The notes under the pieces were generated by a model, which was not told the DNA's origin, did no database searches, and saw only the letters and a program-made list of their open reading frames with translations. DNA of 59,299 nucleotides, taken from the NCBI GenBank assembly GCA_003646025.1, contig QNDR01000003.1, positions 1-59,299 of the forward strand. The letters are read 5' to 3'. This stretch comes from Candidatus Fermentibacterota bacterium. GTDB lineage: Bacteria > Fermentibacterota > Fermentibacteria > Fermentibacterales > JCC-6. The position numbers and the translations under genes are program-made. Below, in pieces: positions 55,646 through 59,299 of this stretch. How positions within the stretch are numbered: the stretch's first letter is position 1; every line of letters starts with the position of its first letter.

Positions 55646-56988
55646 TTTACCCCCTTGATATACTCGCCCAGGGCGTCTGCGAAACCGTCTATTTCTTCTC
55701 TGGTTCTCTTTTCAGTGACGGTGAGCATCATTGCCCCTTCTCCCAGACCGTGAATAGGAAGCCCGGCCAGATATCCCTTTTCCTCCAGGGCTTCCGCAGC
55801 ATCTTCAGCGGAAACAGGAAGATTCACAACAAACTCTCTGCAGAACGGTGCGTCAAATACTTTTGTAACACCATCGATCCCCAGCAGCTTGTCAAAGAGG
55901 TAATGCGATTTGTGCCAGCACTGCGCGGCTACACCGGCGAATCCATCTTCACCTGCAAGGGTGAGATAGATCACATTGGCAAGCGCCATAAGAGCCTGGT
56001 TTGAGCAGATGTTGCTGGTGGCTTTGGCTCTTCTGATATGCTGCTCCCTGGTTTGAAGTGTGAGCACATAACCTGTATTGCCGGCTCTGTCCTCAGTTCT
56101 TCCCACTATCCTTCCAGGCATCTTCCTGAGAAGTTTTGTGCTGGTAGCCATGAAACCCACATAAGGGCCTCCGTAACTCATGGCAATACCCATTGGCTGA
56201 CCCTCTCCCACTACGATGTCAGCACCGAGTTTTCCAGGAGCCTCAATAACTCCCAGAGCTATGGGGTCGGCAGTAACAACAAGAAGACCCTTGAATTCAT
56301 GCACAAAGTCAGCTGCAGCCTGAATATCCTCGATGGAACCGAAGAAATTCGGGTACTGAAGAACAAGCGCGGCAACCCCACCTTCTGCAAGCTGTCTGGC
56401 TGCTTCAATGTCCATAAGACCATCTGCGCCGAAGGGGACTTCGTTGATTTCAAAATCACCGTTGTCTATGTAGGTATGCATAACATCGATTGTTCTGGGA
56501 TTGAGGGCACCGGACACAAGAACTCTCTTTTTCTTTGTAGCTCTTATCGCCATGAGAGCTGCCTCTGCTGTGGCGGATGCTCCATCGTACATACAGGCAT
56601 TGGCAGCATCACATCCGGTGAGTCTCGCGATCATGGTCTGGTACTCGAAGATCGCCTGAAGTGTACCCTGACTTACCTCTGCCTGATATGGCGTGTATGC
56701 TGTAAAAAACTCGCTTCTGGTTAAAATGTTGTCTATGGCGGAGGGAATGAAGTGGTCGTAGGCTCCTGCCCCGCGAAAACAGATCAAATCAGCGGAACTG
56801 TTTGCAGCTGCAAATTCCTTGAATTCTTTTACCAGCTCAAGCTCGCTGACAGGCGCCGGAAGGTCAAGCTCATCTTTTAAACGAACACTCTCCGGGATAG
56901 GGCTGAGAAGGTCTTCAAACCTCTCCACGCCGATAACATCAAGCATCTGTTTCCGTTGAGCCTTCCCGTTGGGAATGTATGTGCTCAT
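55642..56988 (-). CDS. gcvPA: Glycine dehydrogenase (decarboxylating) subunit 1
   Basis: Typical split P-protein N-terminal subunit (FTAYTPYQAEVSQGTLQAIFEYQT). Confidence 0.95.
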   Translation of the reverse strand: MSTYIPNGKAQRKQMLDVIGVERFEDLLSPIPESVRLKDELDLPAPVSELELVKEFKEFAAANSSADLICFRGAGAYDHFIPSAIDNILTRSEFFTAYTPYQAEVSQGTLQAIFEYQTMIARLTGCDAANACMYDGASATAEAALMAIRATKKKRVLVSGALNPRTIDVMHTYIDNGDFEINEVPFGADGLMDIEAARQLAEGGVAALVLQYPNFFGSIEDIQAAADFVHEFKGLLVVTADPIALGVIEAPGKLGADIVVGEGQPMGIAMSYGGPYVGFMATSTKLLRKMPGRIVGRTEDRAGNTGYVLTLQTREQHIRRAKATSNICSNQALMALANVIYLTLAGEDGFAGVAAQCWHKSHYLFDKLLGIDGVTKVFDAPFCREFVVNLPVSAEDAAEALEEKGYLAGLPIHGLGEGAMMLTVTEKRTREEIDGFADALGEYIKGVK

Positions 56989-56992
56989 GGAT

Positions 56993-57376
56993 TTACTCCC
57001 CTATGTGAATCTTGTACTCTTCCGCCGTAAGAAGGCCGTCATACTGAGAGTCATCAGATGCCTTGACAGCAAACAGCCAGCCGCCTTCAAAGGGTTCCTC
57101 GTTGATAAGTGAAGGATTCGCCTCCAGTTCCTCGTTCACAGCAACTACCTCTCCATCCAGCGGAGAGAAAAAATCCTCTGCGGTTTTCACTGCCTCAAGA
57201 CCGCCCATGGCATCACCCTTCGTTGCCTCGGCACCAACTTCAGGAAGCTCGGCCATGACTATCTCGCCCATTTCGTGCTGGGCATGATCCGTAAGACCGA
57301 CCAGATACCTGTCTCCGTCTTTGCGCACCCACTCGTGGGTTTCTGTATAGCGTACATTCTCAGGAATACTACTCAT
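56993..57376 (-). CDS. gcvH: Glycine cleavage system H protein
   Basis: 127 aa with lipoyl-lysine context GGLEAVKTAEDFFSPLDGEV. Confidence 0.95.
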   Translation of the reverse strand: MSSIPENVRYTETHEWVRKDGDRYLVGLTDHAQHEMGEIVMAELPEVGAEATKGDAMGGLEAVKTAEDFFSPLDGEVVAVNEELEANPSLINEEPFEGGWLFAVKASDDSQYDGLLTAEEYKIHIGE

Positions 57377-57419
57377 GATGTCTCTCCTTTTTCTGTTAAT
57401 TCATTAATTCAGTATGTGT

Positions 57420-58517
57420 TTATTTTCGACTGCCCTGGGTGTAGAAAGGCAACTTTACAACCTTCACAGAAATACGTTTCCCTCTTACTTCTGCCTCAAG
57501 CTCGCTTCCCCTCTTCTGAAAGCCACGCTCTACGTATCCAAGACAAACGGCTTTCCCGAGCGCAGGGGCGATCGTACCACTGGTTACAATTCCTACTTTC
57601 CTGTCACCACTGTACAGAGGTGTTCCATGCCTGGGGATTCCCCTGCCGGTAACTTCCATACCTGCCAGATACCGTCCCGGTTTCTCTGCTTTCTGCTGTT
57701 CGAGAACCTCCCTGGCAATAAACGGCTTGTCTGTCTTTAACTTCACAACCCAGCCGAGTTTTGCTTCAATAGGCGTGGTGCTGTGATCAATATCGTTACC
57801 GTAAAGAGGATATCCCACCTCAAGACGAAGTGTGTCCCGGGCACCAAGACCTACTGGAATAATTCCGAATTCTTTTCCCGCTTCCATAACAGAATCCCAG
57901 ACAGTCACAGCATCAGGGTACTTCATGTAGATTTCAAATCCGTCTTCACCGGTGTACCCGGTTCTGGCAATCAGCGCATCCACACCGGCAAACTTACCGG
58001 TTGTGTGCTCGTAGTAGCCGATACTGTCCAGATCTGAATCGGTAAGTTTTACACAGACTTCCTGAGCTCTGGGGCCCTGAATAGCAACCAGAGCCGTATC
58101 ATCACTCTCGTTCACTACCTTGATATCAAAGCCCTGAAGATGACTCTGTACCCATGCCCAGTCCTTGTCGAGATTGGCCGCGTTCACAACCATCAGGTAT
58201 TCCTGATCACCGATTCTGTACACGATCAGATCATCCACAATACCGCCATCAGGATAACACATTGTGGAGTAGTAGGCCTTCCCGTTTTTAACAGCCGCAT
58301 CGTTTGTAAGAAGCTTGTCCAGAAACGCAGTAGCATCGGTACCTGTTACGCGGAATTCTCCCATGTGGGTCAGGTCAAATGCACCAACGCTTTCTCTCAC
58401 TGCCATGTGTTCCTTCTTTATGGCACCATATTTGATGGGCATCAGGTATCCGGCGAAGGGTTGAATTGTTGCTTCGAGTGAAACATGTTTCTCGTAAAGT
58501 GGCGTTTTCTTATTCAT
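57420..58517 (-). CDS. gcvT: Aminomethyltransferase (glycine cleavage T protein)
   Basis: KTPLYEKHVSL...FAGYLMPIKY and GYTGEDGFEI motifs. AAGGTG Shine-Dalgarno before ATG 58517. Confidence 0.95.
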   Translation of the reverse strand: MNKKTPLYEKHVSLEATIQPFAGYLMPIKYGAIKKEHMAVRESVGAFDLTHMGEFRVTGTDATAFLDKLLTNDAAVKNGKAYYSTMCYPDGGIVDDLIVYRIGDQEYLMVVNAANLDKDWAWVQSHLQGFDIKVVNESDDTALVAIQGPRAQEVCVKLTDSDLDSIGYYEHTTGKFAGVDALIARTGYTGEDGFEIYMKYPDAVTVWDSVMEAGKEFGIIPVGLGARDTLRLEVGYPLYGNDIDHSTTPIEAKLGWVVKLKTDKPFIAREVLEQQKAEKPGRYLAGMEVTGRGIPRHGTPLYSGDRKVGIVTSGTIAPALGKAVCLGYVERGFQKRGSELEAEVRGKRISVKVVKLPFYTQGSRK

Positions 58518-58882
58518 TACTGCACCTTTTCAGGAATAATTTTGAAACACTATAAACATAAACTCCCGCTTATAAGTGAATGCTAATTTAGCCAACAATC
58601 GGCAGAAATGCAAATCACATTGACCGAACGCCGGGGCTGTACTGATATTCCTGCAGTACCCGGACGGAAGGACACCGCGTGGGGCAGATTGTACTGAAAA
58701 GCAGACTGTTACTGAAAATCAGGAAAGAGTCCGGCGGCAGCCGTGAGGTGTTGAACAGTCTCTGCGGTGAATCGGTGGCCCGGCGGTGGCTGAAAACCCG
58801 GGGAATTCCCTCATGGAGAAACCCTGAAACTCCTGGAATAAAACGAAAAAGCAGCTCTTCAGAAAGTTCAGGATACAGTGTT

Positions 58883-59269
58883 ATGCTGGCAGACGGATCG
58901 CGGTTCATGGTGTGCTCCTATCCTTCAGCAGTTCTTTCCAGGGAAAAACTGGCTGCAGCAAAATGCTTCGCCGCACTTGCCGTAAAAGTAAACAGCGGCA
59001 ACACCGGCGGTTCTGTGATGGGTTGTATCTTTCTGAGAGATACTGAGATCTACGAAAAACAGTACAGTCTTGACCGATATCCTTTAAGACCGGCATCCGA
59101 TCTGGTTGATTTTATCACAGATCACACAATCGGAAGACCCGGCGCACTGCTTTTCAGCACCAGACTGCTTTTGTCCGGGGAGCCCGATGCACCAGAGTAC
59201 GGAACGCAGGGAGTAGAGCTGTTTAATCCGGAACAGGTATCGGGCAGGAGGCTGTTCAATGGGCATTGA
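58883..59269 (+). CDS. Hypothetical protein (start uncertain)
   Basis: The ORF is open from 58679, but the first 68 codons are Arg/Lys/Ser-rich and lie over a GC-rich structured region, so I start at ATG 58883 (MLADGSRFMV...). No family recognised. Confidence 0.4.
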   Translation: MLADGSRFMVCSYPSAVLSREKLAAAKCFAALAVKVNSGNTGGSVMGCIFLRDTEIYEKQYSLDRYPLRPASDLVDFITDHTIGRPGALLFSTRLLLSGEPDAPEYGTQGVELFNPEQVSGRRLFNGH

Positions 59270-59299
59270 TTCTGTTTCTCCTTACCTGGATAAGCTCTG

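Noticed and set aside
58518-58700. Glycine riboswitch expected upstream of gcvT (minus strand)
   Set aside because: I reverse-complemented the region and looked for the conserved cores (GGAGAG..., CCGAAGG(A/G)GCAA, CUCAGGCAAAAGGAC). None is present. The AT-rich 80 nt next to the start look like a plain promoter and Shine-Dalgarno. An Infernal scan would be decisive.
58631-58700. GGGGCTG... (tmRNA-like 5' end) and CGGAAGGAC (SRP RNA-like motif)
   Set aside because: No downstream T-arm or CAGCCCCACCA acceptor partner for a tmRNA. The GGAA tetraloop is not flanked by pairing bases as in SRP domain IV. These are chance similarities.
58721-58737. AGGAAAGAGTCCGGCGG resembles the RNase P RNA P4 5' strand (GAGGAAAGUCCGGGC)
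   Set aside because: There is an extra AG. No matching 3' P4 strand (ACAGAAxCCGGCUUA) or other universally conserved RNase P blocks occur within the remaining ~560 nt of the window. A coding ORF also follows.
58679-58882. N-terminal 68 codons of ORF 58679..59269
   Set aside because: The translation (KSRLLLKIRKESGGSREV...RKSSSSESSGYS) has non-protein-like composition and coincides with the structured GC-rich region. I moved the start to ATG 58883.
59259-59299. ATG at 59259 overlapping the preceding stop opens MGIDSVSPYLDKL... to the window edge
   Set aside because: Only 13 codons are visible, too short to support a gene call. It may be the start of the next co-translated gene.
1-59299. CRISPR arrays, insertion sequences, integrases, prophage or toxin-antitoxin modules
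   Set aside because: I saw no regularly spaced direct repeats, no transposase-, integrase- or recombinase-like ORF, and no terminal inverted repeats while reading both strands. The tRNA-Gln has no adjacent integrase.

Overview
This is 59.3 kb of gene-dense bacterial chromosome. It holds about 65 protein genes, most on the minus strand, and one tRNA-Gln. I saw no rRNA, CRISPR array, transposase, integrase or dispersed repeat family. Content from left to right: (1) The 5' part of a secreted protein that runs off the left edge. It is missing from the ORF track, and its putative promoter carries a G10 tract. (2) A lipoprotein and a PHP phosphoesterase. (3) bcd-etfB-etfA, with a ferredoxin-fused EtfA. 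(4) rnc and the classical yceD-rpmF-plsX-fabH-fabG-acpP-fabF block, without fabD. (5) A phosphohexomutase, an S41 protease, tmk, myo-inositol-1-phosphate synthase next to a CDP-alcohol phosphatidyltransferase, rsmI, a DUF3006-like gene, and a Na/Pi-PhoU transporter with an Ig-like N-terminal domain. (6) On the plus strand: a UbiA-family transferase, ispE, tRNA-Gln, L25/Ctc and pth. Then a Met-rich lipoprotein, a DnaQ-like exonuclease, murA with Asp in place of the fosfomycin-target Cys, and a PD40 propeller lipoprotein. (7) A ~15 kb minus-strand envelope cluster: TonB-dependent receptor, ExbB, two ExbD, TonB, two large secreted proteins with T9SS-type C-terminal sorting domains, a PorV-like barrel, two GWxTD proteins and a TPR-like lipoprotein. 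(8) A second PorV/PorQ-like barrel and a four-gene operon of integral membrane proteins I cannot assign to any family. (9) rsmH and a GNAT. (10) gcvT-gcvH-gcvPA-gcvPB, extended by four tightly coupled unknown genes that include a GlmL/MutL-family ASKHA protein. The T9SS-type sorting domains, PorV and GWxTD proteins, together with Bcd/Etf, suggest an anaerobic, probably uncultivated, FCB-superphylum-like organism; this is inference only. The best candidates for undescribed biology are the four-gene membrane operon, the TonB/T9SS-cargo supercluster, the extended gcv operon, the homopolymer-containing promoter, and a 365-bp structured intergenic region next to gcvT. All family calls come from motifs I read in the translations; no database search was run.
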